A DNA stretch of 64,000 bases, taken from NCBI RefSeq assembly GCF_023055435.1, contig NW_025963791.1, positions 806,001 to 870,000 of the forward strand, in the 5' to 3' direction. Below are positions 25,401 through 37,776 of this stretch, piece after piece (positions within the stretch are counted from its first letter, which is position 1; each line of letters begins with the position of its first letter). The notes under the pieces were generated by a model, which worked only from the letters and a program-made list of their open reading frames with translations, was not told the origin of the DNA and searched no databases. This DNA comes from Haliotis rufescens. Its lineage: Eukaryota. Position numbers and translations under genes: made by a program.

Positions 25401-28400
25401 CAGATGAGGACCGAGTTGATGAAAAGACTGAGACTGAGGCTGGAACTGTTGAGAAGGTACACAGTTGAAGAGATCATGTCAAAACTTCATGAAATCAATC
25501 CCGTATCTATGTAGCATTGTGTCAGCCCCATACTGCACACCTTGCACACAGAAATAATGTATCAAAATGTTGTATCTATGCAGCAAATAACATGTCAAAA
25601 TGTAACCTATTCATTCATCTTGAGGACACTAACAAGGTAGATTAGAACTGATTAATAATAACAAATTATCAAAAATACTTTTATAGGATGAGACAGTAGA
25701 AAAGAAGAAGAAGTTTAAGTTTAAGCGGTACCGAGGTCCGATAAAGTCTGCGGGAGTGAGCAAAATAACCGAGTCTCTGGAGGATACAGAGATGAAACTG
25801 TTCATGGATGAGATAGCCGGCTCCCTACCATCAGAAGACCGCACCAGCGGAATGCTAATGCCGGCCTCATGTCACTCAATTCTCCGTGTAAGTCGTATGT
25901 CAATTTCATTTTCAATAATTTTATGTTATTTTTGCAGATTTAAACAGTAAACCTTATCTTGAATGGAAACATGCTACATTTACTGAAATGTTATGTAAGA
26001 ATGATGTCACTGAAATTATATCAACAATAAATATTGTATGAAACATTAATCACGATTAAACATGAGTGATGTGTTCATTATGCACCGTATCTTGATGTTG
26101 TGCTTTTTGTGTTAACATCCCTGCACTATTAACTGCATGAAAATATAAGTAACATGTCTTTTTAAAATTGATCACACTTACAACCTGACAGGTGTCAATC
26201 ATTACTCTTCTCATATCAGTGGTACATGTACTTGTTTATTGCAACATTTCATTTTCAATGATAAATATGGCTGTTGTTGTTGATGTTGTTTATGATGAAT
26301 AGTGCGGGATTACATAACAAATCATTGCAGGTATTAATGTTGCCAATTTCAGAGTAATACTGACGCCACATCCGCGCAGGTATATTATAAGTAGAAAGAC
26401 TTAAAACAACACATATAATTTTGTAGACAATATTTTTCTCATTAGTTTAAACATATCGCTTTACCACAAAGTGTTAGATGATTTTCACCTTTCCAGTTAA
26501 GATAATTGATTACAGTAGAATTGTCACCTTTTGCATATGCTTTAGAATCTAAACCTTTAGCATGAGAGTGTAATTGTGTTTGCTGCAGCTACTGGGCTTA
26601 TAAATGTTCATAATATTTGACAGAGCCCTCACCATGCTCACAAAGTGTTAGAGGAATTACTTGTATAGATGGTTATTTCATTTTAGTACTCACTTACAAT
26701 CACAAGCAAGTCATAGTCATATGATATATGCATATGTGTATCATATGTATAAAACTTAAGCATATGTATTGTTAATAGAAATGTTGACACTGAATAATGG
26801 AGGAAAATTTAAATAAATTATATGCTCACCTTACTGTCTGTACTTTAGATACCACAACCCACATGTTTATTCCTTGCTTACCACAACCCCCACCCCACCC
26901 ACCCCTCCTACCCCAGCCACACCCTACTGCTACATGGTATTAAGTTATTTCAGCTCTTCAGCAGCTTGGCATGGTTTCTTTTCTTATTAATTTAAGTTGG
27001 TATTTGTCAAAATGGAATTTGTCTATAATTATTAATTACTTTTGTAATAATTGTCATATTTTTGTATTATTATATTTTTTCTTTAGTTTCTACAGAAATG
27101 TTTCATACTAACACTTTTCTTCATACTAATTTCTTTTGTTGAAGAACTCTTCTGACTGATTCTGCATCTGATTATTACAAAATGTATATTCATGTATAGT
27201 TCAGAGTCTGCAACTTCAGACTGCACAATGAAATTTAGCTACGTCTGATAATGGTTTATGTTTGGAATATATTTGCATCTTTAGGTAGTAGCAAAGAGAA
27301 TATATGCTGATATAATATTTACGTTTGCCATGTTCAAAGCAAACAAGAGTCTGTGCATCTTGCCGAACAATTATCAGCAATATTGACAAATCCAATAATT
27401 CTGACTGATACTAACATCAATTTCACCACTTCTCGTTACTTCATCAGTTTCCCAAATGACACATGTCGATGTTACTGCAGGTTCAAGCAGGTCGTCCACC
27501 TGGCAACAAGGACGTGGTGTATGATGACATGGGTAATGTCATTGCAGTTGTCAAGCTAGACCCGGAGAAACTGCCAAATCATAGGTAAGATTAACCCAAG
27601 TTTCAAGTTCAACATTTCTGTTATCATTCTTGGCTTGTGTTATGTATCAAAACAAATACCTACCAGTTATGAAATTTGTGTCTTTTTTTTCAATTTTTAC
27701 TTGTAAGAGTGGGAGACAGATGGCCCAGTTGTCTGAGGTGCCACAGTTGTCTGTGCAGAGTTATGTCCCTTAGTAGTGCCAGGATCCTATGATTGTGGTT
27801 TCAGATTCCAGATTGATGCTGATACTGTAGATCAAGGTTTCTGTCATTATGTGTGTGAATGTTTTCTGTGAGCTGAACACCAGTCACTGATCCAATCAAT
27901 CTAATTAAATGAGATCTCAGTTTTTCTTTACCGCTATTCAAACAAAGATCTGAGGACATCCCATTACGGGTCACATCAGAATGACCTTTCATCCAACCAA
28001 TCAGAGCGTCGCTTACCAGTTGGGGAAATTGACAGTTGGAATGTGTTTTCTAAACATGCAATCTCGAAAAGGTTAACTCAGGCTATTCCGAACGATAGTT
28101 ACAGACTAATTCCTTCAAAATCATCGTTCATCTCTCGCTTCAGTGGGATAAATATTTGAAACAGAAGAGACTTTTCTATAGCCAGTGGGATGGAGTGCCA
28201 TTGTGCCATGTATTAGACATTCCAGAAATTTCTTCTCTTTTTTTTCAGTTTTCAAATTTTGAATCGAGAACTTTGTCAAAATATTTTTCAAAGCATAGTC
28301 TGTAATGGAAGTCACCAGTTTGAAACTTGTGCCGTATAGCTCGAGAAAGCTCTAATTTCGACTTCATGATTGTAATTTCATTGGTCGGTCAAAGTTTGTG

Positions 28401-31400
28401 AAAGGTCACCCTGGCATGACCCTCAATGGAAATGTCCTCAGATCTTTGTTTAGCGGTAGCGAGAACTAAGATCTGATTTTAATGAGATTGCTTAACCAAT
28501 TGAATACGTTTCTCTCTGTGCAAGTGATCAAAACAACTTCTTTCTGTTCTGTCAGAGTAAGGGTCAAGTACCAGGTGGTAGACCCTGCTATCGAGGCGGC
28601 CCAGGCCCGACTGGAAGCCATGCGACACGGTAAATATGTGGGGGCCCCACAAGTACCCACCATCAGAAGAATCAAGTCAAGAGTCAAAGGCAACTCCGAC
28701 ACAGCATCCGTCTGTGAGTATCAGTGTGACTTTCAAAGCTTTGTAGGACTCACACATAGATTCTCATATGACATAAGTTTTAATGTACAGCACACATCCC
28801 AGCTTTATACTTGGGTTCTTATCAACAAAGTGATAAAATGCTATGATTGTCAGAATTACATGCATTATACCTTCATTTGTGATATATAGAATATGATAGT
28901 TATGGTAACATATTCATATCTTGCCTTAACAAAACAGTTATTGCTGAATATACTAATCATGCTCATAGAAAAAGCAATGTTTTAACAAGCTTCTTAGTTA
29001 TATATGAGATATACCGGTATGTTAAATACTACTTTCCAGCCAAATCGTCCAGTAAGACATCCCAACAGCCCACCATTGCTCCACTGCCTCCTCCACTGGT
29101 GAGTTGCCTGTCAACGTTAAAATAGATATATTCACATTATTTGTTACAGAGCACTACTCTTATTGAAATCGATCAATTTTTTAAGAAATGATAACTTAAA
29201 GTATGATTATTCATACTTATCCTGGTGTGTCCACATGTTGCCAGGTATCAATCTATGTATAAACAGAGAAAAAAGTATCGCAACAACCCTATTTGATTAT
29301 ACTGCTGGTGTTTGATTCGATTTGATCGCAATACGTGATATATGTGTTTATCATATAATGGGTAGGTTTCTCGGGAGGATAAAGCCAACGGATAAAAACG
29401 ATATCCGTTGGGGTCATATGCGGATAGAGATGCAAATATCAAAGGTCAAGTAGAACTACTTTCACTGTTTATAAACAAACATGGCGTCGCCCTCGTCATT
29501 CGGCGATCGAGGCAGAATTAACCATCGGGAATCTGGATAAAGTACAGGGGTAATTGCTATCATTATCAAAAGAGCAGTCTAATATACTGAAAATCAGTGT
29601 CTAACTGTGACGTAGCTAAGGCATTTTATAAGTTTTGCCAACTTTGGAGATTTGGCAACGAAACAATTTTGCGAGGGCACGAGGCCTAGCCAAACGGGAT
29701 AAGTAGCCATATCTGTGCTTGTAGACCTTTGCGGCTTAAAACCTTCTCCACAAATTTAAATAGTTGGATTTTGCCGAAATATGTTTGAATTGTTACCTTG
29801 TTTCGTTTTGTCGCTGTGTGTAAATCTAACTACACTTCTTAACATTATGACAGGGTAGACCGACTGTCAACAACGTCTGACCGTAGCCGTGACATCTCAT
29901 ATACTAGGGTTAGAGTAGCTTCCCTTTGACAAAGGGCAGTTACTCTAGTGGACAGACCGATGGATTGCCGCGAAAGGCAATTAAAAACAACTGTTGTTTT
30001 GCGTATATGTTGCTTCGCCACGGTATAAGAAACAGATTTCAGTTGGAACTATATTGGCTACTGTCACTGTCCGACTGACACATCACTTACCCTGTGACGT
30101 AATAAATATTAATGCGCGCATTCCAGGAAAACTCCCAATGTTTCAGTAATGTTTGTGAGAGAGGGAAAGCGATTTTAAAGCACAGAATTAAAGGATGACA
30201 TTATATGATAAAGGAATAAACACTATGTATTTAGCTCGCCAAGGCTCGCTAAATACAATGTTTATTCCTAATGCAGGATATTTACCATCCCCAAATACAC
30301 TCGCGTGATAACCTCTATGTAAACCAATGGTGTCTCAGTGTTGTTTGTAGAGCAAATATTGAACAATAAGAAAACGTTGGAATGAAATTGTCGGTAAAGA
30401 TCGTAATGTGTTTATGCTGAGTTACCAAAAAGACGAAAAAAATGGAAAATATCCAGTGCGAATAACTATGGCTAGAACAGGTCTATCTGAATTCATAAGT
30501 CAATTTCCATTCATGTCATCCTCGGAAAGTTCATCGAGTTTGCAAAACAGTGAAAAATGTCAGAATCTGGTGTAACCTCCTCCAGCTTGAATCACCTGTT
30601 CAACCCTCGTCCTCATTGACCTAATGACTCGTCTGATCTGTTCCTGTGTGAGAATGTTCCGCTCCTGGTGTAGTGCCTGTTCCAATTCATCAACATTCTG
30701 CACTGATGGCTCCCTCTGACGGATTTTACGTCCAAGAATGTCCCAGATATGCTCGATAGGATTGAGGACTGGGCGTCTGGCTGGCCAAGGTAGGGTAGTG
30801 ACAGCCTCATGACGCAGAAAATCCGACTGGCCTTGTGTTTAGAGCATGATTGTCAATATGAGGCTCTACAACCCTGTCAAGGATTTCTGTTTGGTATCGT
30901 TGGCCATTAAGGTTGCCTCTCACTGTTACCAGTGGCAGCTTGAAGTCATATGACAAGCAACCCAATATCATAACAGAGCCGCCGCCAAATGGAACTTGTT
31001 CCAGAATGTTCCTCTCAGCATATGCCGTCTTATTACGTCGCCAAACACGTGCTCTACCATCTGACATGAACAACAGAAAGCGACTCTCGTCAGACCAATG
31101 GATTTTCTGCCATGACGCAATATTCCAGTGATTAAGTGTTCGACACCATGACAATCGAGCTGCCTTGTGTTCACGTGACAACAGAGGTCTTCTGACAGGC
31201 CTCCTGGCACGATATCCAGCATCTTTAAGTCAATTACGGTCAGTTCTGTGGCATATGCGACGGTGAGGTAACCACTCCCTTTTCAGAACAGTGCTTGGTG
31301 CAAAAGGAAACCGCTGTACAATCCTCATAAGAGCTGTATCCTCTCTTGCTGACGTACAGCAAAGGTCTACCAGGACGATGGCGGTCCTTGACATCATTAG

Positions 31401-34400
31401 TCTGATGATGCTTTCGAAACAATCGACTAATGGTTGAAGGATGGTGACCCAGCTGCCTTGCAATCTCTCTCATTGACATACCGGCATTGCTCATGCCAAT
31501 AACTTGCCATCTTTTTTCTGTACTGAGTTGTCGAGGACCCATTGCTAAATTCTGACAGAGGAAACAATGACTTGTAACCTTTACTCAATACAGTGACAGA
31601 TCTCCAAAACATGATTTTCACGTTGCAAGGGGTGCATGCTTTCCTTGTGCCGTAGACCAGACACGTGCTCGACATGCATCTCATCATGACTGGTATGGAG
31701 GACAGGACATGCCATAATTTTCATTTCAAGATAGCTTCTTTATATATATGTCAACATGGTCACTTGACAGCTTACATATCTGGGTGTTGCGATACTTTTT
31801 TCTTTGTGTATACATGTGAAGCAACATTGTATATGTGAAGACTCCCTCCGTGGTCTAGTGGTAGAGCGTCCGCCTGGAGAGCGAAAGGTCCAGGGTTTGA
31901 TCCCCGACATCTTCCCGAGGCAAAGGAGTTAACTGACTATAAAAGTCCAGTTTCCACCCTTGCCGAACTAGGCTGGTATTATGGAGTTACGTTTTGTCTG
32001 GACTAACGAGTCTATGCATAGTCCAATCAAAATCGCGCACCGAAATCAAAATCCGGTTCGTAAACTGTCTTGCAGATTTCGATCAATTGCAGGGTTTGCA
32101 AAGCATGTGCATCACCAATTCGTTGTCAGCAGATATTTTCCTAATCCTTTCATGTTTTTCAAGGTGCTCACGTGATTTGATGCATTTCGCGATGTAAGAC
32201 CCGTTTTATCACAATATAGATCTTGATTATCGATCAGATCGTCCTGACTGGGCGCCACCATTTTGTGCGAAGCAAACGCAAGTGATACGAGAGGTGGAAT
32301 CTGATTGGTCCATAGGAGAGGCTTAGAAGGAACATAATTGGTAATAACCACTGGTGGCGCAACAATTGAGCCCAGTAATTCCAGCCGAGTTCGGCAAGGG
32401 TGGAAACTGGACTTTTAAAGTCAGATAACTTCCTTGCCTCGGGAAGATGGATCCCAAACCACGTCATACCAAAAGACGTTAAAAGATGGTTCTTGTTGTT
32501 ACCCTGTCTGGCGCTCGGCATTAAGTGGCTAAAACAAGGACTGGTCGGCTCGGAGTCTGAGTGGGGTATTCATGTTAAACTGCGGCATGGTATTTCAGTG
32601 AGCTAGCACTATAAATCGGCATCAGTCCGGACTAGTACAAGCAGCCACACACGTGCATGCACGTCGCTATATAAGTGCAATAATCTTGGACGTTAAACCC
32701 CATTTCACCTCACCTTGTATATGTGAGGTAGATCTGTATGGATGTTATACTTCAGGAGTGAGTTTAGGGTACTCTCTACACCTGTCTGTGATGCAGGTGA
32801 TGAAGATGAGTGGTGAGTGTGTGAGTAACATTTTGATACCTGGGTAGGCCAGTTCTGTGCATCGTTCATTGTCCCCAACAGATACTCATCTGGTTTACCT
32901 CATCTACGACAGCATAACACAAACTAACATGAGTCAATCCAGTCTTCACACAGTTTGAATGAGGGGCAATCTCATTAAAATCAGATCTTTGACACCGCTA
33001 CGATACCTGACTGCATGAACGTCTGAGGACACCTCCCACAGAAGGTCATATCAAGTGAATCATGAGTGAAATGAAAGCTGCGTTGTGATTGAGCCAATCA
33101 GGTGTCAGCCTTCTTACATGCCGAAATGATTCAGCTTCACTATATTTTATTTCTGTCCATGGCCTGTTGGTGATCAGTTTCTGTCCTGGGCCCACTTGCA
33201 CAAAGTGATCTTAGTGCTAAGATGATCGTAACTCCCATACTTTAACATAGGCTTACAATAGTTGTAGCGCTAAGATCGCTTTGTGCAAGTGGGCCTTGGA
33301 ATTGTTAATTTTGGTCTAAACAGCTACAAAATAAACACAGATATAACTGTTCCCTCACTCCACTGAGTGATGATGCCATGGCGCTCAAATTGTCAGGGTG
33401 TTTACATGTTTCTAATATTCTCTACACAGAACTGCCCGTCAATCTTCGTTTATGAGATACTGAAATCAGATGTGTTGCTGCAAATGTTTTGCTTGCTCAC
33501 ATCTAGAATTTAGAGGCCAATGGCATTCTGATTAGAAAGCTCACCTGATATGTGACTTCTCATGCAGAGAGGTATCAAATAAGGCACAACAAGTCAATGA
33601 ACAGTGTTATCCCCCTTTGCTGCTGGGACCTGCAGGTTGTGAGTGAGTATGGTTTTATGCCACTTTCAGCAATATTCCAGCAATCGAACCCTGGTCTTCG
33701 GCGTGATGAGCGAACGCTTTAACCACTAGGCTACCCGACCGCCCCTGCAGGTTGTGGGTTTGAATCCCCCAGAGTGTGATTCTCAGTTTTGTCAGCAACA
33801 TACCCATGGTCATGGGTTTCCTCCAGATTTTGCTGACATAAGTTGATATTGCTGAACATTAGTGAGTTTCCAATCTACAGATCACAACATCATTTATGAA
33901 ATTCTTTTTGGACAGAAAATCTGGATTTTATAGATTTACATATTCTCTGTATGGTTTTCCCAGATTGAGGCGATGGAGGTTGCGGCTGGTGTAACAGTCA
34001 AGGAAGGTGGGCGGGTCAAGAAGGGACCAAACAGAGTGAGGACAAAAAAAATTATTTGTATTTATGATAAATCTTACATGTTTTACTTCCAAAGTATGGT
34101 ATATCTTGAATAATACAATGTGTTCTACATGAAACAAACACCATCAATGAAAACACAAATGAAGCTGTGATGATAATATACTGCAGAGTTGAAGGAGGCT
34201 CATCATTTCAAACTTGTAATTGTTCCAGTATGTCCGGAAATCAGATGTCCTGGAAGAACATCAGAAAACACTCCGCCCAGTTGCGTCAAGAATCCCAGCA
34301 CAAGCTCTAGATGTAGCCGATCTGCTTGATCGGACCACGCCCATCCTCCGCCCTATTGGAGAGTCACCCCCACTGCCTCCTATTATCCCCCACCCCCCTA

Positions 34401-34423
34401 CACAGTCACGGATAACAACATAA
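16486..34423 (+). CDS. C2orf81: C2orf81/DUF4639-family protein, 11 coding exons
   Basis: Phase-consistent GT-AG exons 16486-16598, 17607-17769, 18569-18638, 24404-24545, 25345-25456, 25687-25887, 27481-27584, 28556-28713, 29040-29098, 33964-34035, 34229-34423. The N-terminus [63 protein letters not shown] matches recalled C2orf81 motifs ([55 protein letters not shown]). Confidence 0.88.
16745..16999 (+). mobile_element. Helentron-associated non-autonomous element (HINE/DINE-like)
   Basis: TT-flanked. 5' sub-TIR agctcacct..aggtgagct and 3' hairpin (caggccctatggtcctcttg|tt). Confidence 0.6.
20936..21425. mobile_element. MITE inserted into the DIRS RT domain
   Basis: 14-bp TIRs CAGGCCTCAAAGTT / AACTTTGAGGCCTG. 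It splits RT between LPF and APW. TSD not clear. Confidence 0.8.
21912..22075 (+). mobile_element. tRNA-derived SINE family A inserted in the DIRS element
   Basis: A/B boxes, (CTCA)n tail, same family as 13195-13356. Confidence 0.85.
24083..24245 (+). pseudogene. Possible hAT transposase BED-finger relic
   Basis: Reads MADYFEVVKYMRAKSDVWVHF..AIYC, which resembles a BED zinc-finger start. Short and degenerate. Confidence 0.3.
27897..28490. mobile_element. Mutator-like MITE (TIR CAATCTCATTAAAATCAGATCT..)
   Basis: Long TIRs, degenerate 10-bp TSD ctgatccaat/cttaaccaat. Fragments at 12951, 32968, 48794, 55976, 57863. Confidence 0.7.
29260..31810 (-). mobile_element. Tc1-family DNA transposon with frameshifted transposase (ATG 31542 to ~30570), in C2orf81 intron 9
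   Basis: TIRs ta(a/c)aca(g/a)agaaaaaagtatcgcaaca with TA flanks. HTH (MSMREIARQLGHHPSTISR..RPGRP), WSDESRF, WPARRPVLNPIEHIWD. The second catalytic D region is deleted. Confidence 0.9.
29347..30317 (-). mobile_element. Hairpin-module non-autonomous element nested inside the Tc1
   Basis: Homologous to 2255-3155. Terminal hairpin aggaataaaca..gtatttagc/gctaaatac..tgtttattcct. Confidence 0.75.
31842..32714 (+). mobile_element. tRNA-headed SINE with a Meta/MESC-like central domain, split by a MITE
   Basis: tRNA head 31842-31907. It resumes at 32450 with ataccaaaagacgttaaaagatggttcttgttgttaccctgtctggcgctcggcattaag. Tail cgttaaacccc..(cacct)n. Confidence 0.7.
31908..32449. mobile_element. Mutator-like MITE
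   Basis: ~70-bp TIRs, 9-bp TSD gatccccga/gatcccaaa. Confidence 0.85.
33188..33296. mobile_element. Short fold-back MITE (GGCCCACTTGCACAAAG TIR)
   Basis: Near-perfect terminal inverted repeats. Confidence 0.65.
33642..33745 (-). mobile_element. tRNA-SINE family A, internally deleted
   Basis: TSD tgcaggttgtg on both sides. Confidence 0.8.
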
Positions 34424-37400
34424 TGTCATTTACAATGCTAAAATGATCAATTGTACATATTTTAAATTTGGATGCCATGTAATTTTCAACTGTGATAATT
34501 TCGAAATTCATATCTGTACATATTTTTATTGTAGATGAAAATACATGTATACACTAAAGTAGACTAAATATTGGAATATTTTGATAGTAGAATAATGTTC
34601 TATTTATCTTATCATTTGAATGGTAAGGATGAGGACTCCTACATTATTTTCGTCTTCTATACTCTGCCTCTAAATCTTTAAAGTTAATATTTGAATACAA
34701 TTGATACTTGAACATTATTATTTGAACTTTTTAGACTGAACACTGTGTTTATTGCTCATCACTATTTCTTACACAGAAAATAGGAAAGAAATTCTGTTGT
34801 TTTGAACATGATTTGTAGAACCGTGGGAATATGTTTCTGGGGATGGGGTATGGATAGGAGTTATGCTGGAAATGTATATTTATCTGTGTGTAAAGGTATT
34901 AAACTGTTTTCTTCATAAAAAAGTCTTTGTTTTGATTTTGCCCTGCAAACACAAAGATGGTGTGGGATACATGTTCTATTCCTTCCATCCTTATTCCGAG
35001 CAGAATGAACAACTGTGGAAATATAGTCAGGAAACTGCGCAACACATCATCAAACAGCGATCAAACATCAAAAGTGATGTCAGATGAATTGTTCTATTTT
35101 CATAGACGATAAAATATTCTGGTATGTAAGCTACATTCCTGGAATAGAACTGTTTATGTAAGGGAAGTTTTACTAGCCAGGGTGCAGTTGTAGCAATCTT
35201 AGCACTAAGGTGATCGTAACTCCCATACGTTAACTTACAACCGAGGAGGAGTGTTTTACCCGACTTATGAACCGCCAAAACATTTATTAATGTGTGTTTA
35301 ATGTAATGTAATAAAGTATGTTAAAATGGTCTATAGAAATGCTCGTAAAATATATCTGGCCAGGTAATATATGCTAAACTTCTTCAACCAGTTCTGTGGT
35401 CTAGTGGTTAGAGTGCCTGACTACTGATCAAGAGGTTGTGGGTTCGATTCCCATGGCGTAATGACCCATAATGAAAAGGTTTCATTTCTTGTTGTTGGTT
35501 TAGGAAAATTGTCCAAACTTTGTCTTCTACTACACTCACCAGGTCTTACTATGAAAGAGAAACACCTCCTAAGACTCAGAGGTTATAGGAAGAAACAAGT
35601 CCTGTCCAAGACAATGGTGAACATCTGTGATACTTTTATGAGATATACAAGTACCAGCACAAAGCACCAATACATCCATGTCACAGGGAAATGGCAAATT
35701 GTCATCCTTGCTCACAGCACATCCTCAATTACATGTATGCAGGGAATTGTATCTCCATTCCGCTTTACATATCCTGGACGGCCTGGTGTAGTGGCATCAC
35801 CATCTCCATCACTCTCATCTGTTACTCTGCACAGAATCAAGGGCGGATCCACCATTTCTAAAATGGAGGGGTACAAAATATCAAAATCCTCTCTCAGTTG
35901 GAGGGGAGAGATTGTCTGCAACATACTACATTTGGTTTTCAAAAGAGGGGGTCCGGACACCCCCCCTGTTTTAGCATTTTGTTATTCAAATCAATCTCAA
36001 ATGAAGCACTGATAAGAGTAAAGGGTGTTTATTGTTCCATTCTGACTCATATGGGAGATATCTCTTGAGTGTGATCAAACTATATCTCTTTGGGAAAAAA
36101 CGTCCGTGGGAAGCTTAAATGTTTAAATCTGATAAGTGATTCTATTTTTTACTACCTTTTGCTTCAGTATATATTTTCTTTCAATTGGGATGTCACTTTT
36201 GAACTGTGACAAACGGGAACATTATCACGTCTACAGACTGGCAGTACTGCTCAACAGAATATACTCTTGACCAGTTTACCATTTCCAGCAAAATACAGGC
36301 TTTTCATTCAACTTTGCAATTTTTTAGTTTTAAACACACATAAAATATCTTTAGGTATTGTTTTCTCATAGATATTATACAGTTACAAAGAAAAAGCTAT
36401 GCTGCCCCCCAAACTGCCGCAAAAGGTGATGCATCTTCATTATTTCAAGATGGTCTGAAATGTTGACATTGCCATCAATCTAATACATTATTTTTTTATT
36501 GATTGACAGTAATATTGAATAATAAATGAAACCTCACTCACTCACTAATATATCAACTCTTTTTAATGAAAGTGGGAAACAAATTATACTCCTTTACTAC
36601 ATCAATGAACATGTGTTGATATATTTAAATATCAAAAGGCATTTGGGCAAGATTTTGTATTTAGCATACCTGGTAATACACTGAATTATTAAGAATAGCC
36701 TGTGCACCACTTTAATAGTGTCCAGTCAACTGATGTAATGCCCTTTGAATATTCTCTGTGCTTGCATTGAGACATGAACCTGTTATTTCACTTACATTTC
36801 AGTGATTTAATAACTCATACACCACTGAAGAGGGCTCTCATAATTTGACATTACTGATAAACAGGTTTATTTGAGGATTGTGTTCACAAGACCTTACACT
36901 TTATAATTAGTAAGTTGCCATTTTGTGTCTTAAATATCAAAGATTATTATTACTCAAGATCTACAAATCTTCAAAACGTTGCATCCCCCAACATAATATA
37001 GCTGGAATATTGCAAACAGCAGTGTCAATCCATGTGGCACACTCACTCTGACAAAGCCATACACTGTTGAATGAATTACCTTATGTAAATATTAATGTTT
37101 GCACATATTAGTGTTGAACTGTATCCCTGCTATAGAGCATGTTCATTGCACAACACAGTTATCACCATGGTCAGTGGATTAGTCTGCAGCCAAACTACAT
37201 TGTCAGCTCTTTAGAAAGCAACACAGGCACTTTATATTTGGAGTCCATGGATGTAGCAGCGTCACAATAAAACCACCTTATTTCACAAATGTATGGGTTA
37301 GAGTTTCATTTAATGTATCTTGCTGTCCAGAGAGGACAATTACACATGAATGAAATATATCAATGGTATCCTTAAAAGAATAAACATTAATATAGTAATA

Positions 37401-37776
37401 GTCAAAAGAGTCGACATTGATCGAACTCTAATTTAGAAGTAGAATTCCCCACCTGAAAGCTTACCGGTAGCTAAGTCATTAGAGTTATCTGCTCTTGTTG
37501 GGGTTTTCCCTTGTTTATCTCCAGCACTGCAAATCAACAAGTAACACGTGTGAATCTGCATGCATTCAACTGAACTGAATGAGGTCAAAATGTTGTAAGC
37601 GTCTCTGTGATGAACAAAGGGCATACTAAGTTACGATGTAAATGTTTTCGTGACAAACGCATGGAGTGGATGATCAACTTTCTGATGAGTAAATCGGGTA
37701 TTGCACCGAACTGAAACCGTTACTCATGCATACTGTTTGAACACCTTACATGTGGTAGAATTACTCACTATTCAGC

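Noticed and set aside
35389-35459. tRNA gene candidates (also 31842, 21912, 55222, 61632)
   Set aside because: They have A/B boxes but imperfect cloverleaves and sit in SINE or element context. Treated as tRNA-derived heads, not functional tRNAs.
35461-36012. 183-aa ORF, and the antisense DGDGDATT motif as a possible transposase
   Set aside because: No recognisable domain, splice structure or TIRs. Probably decayed repeat sequence.
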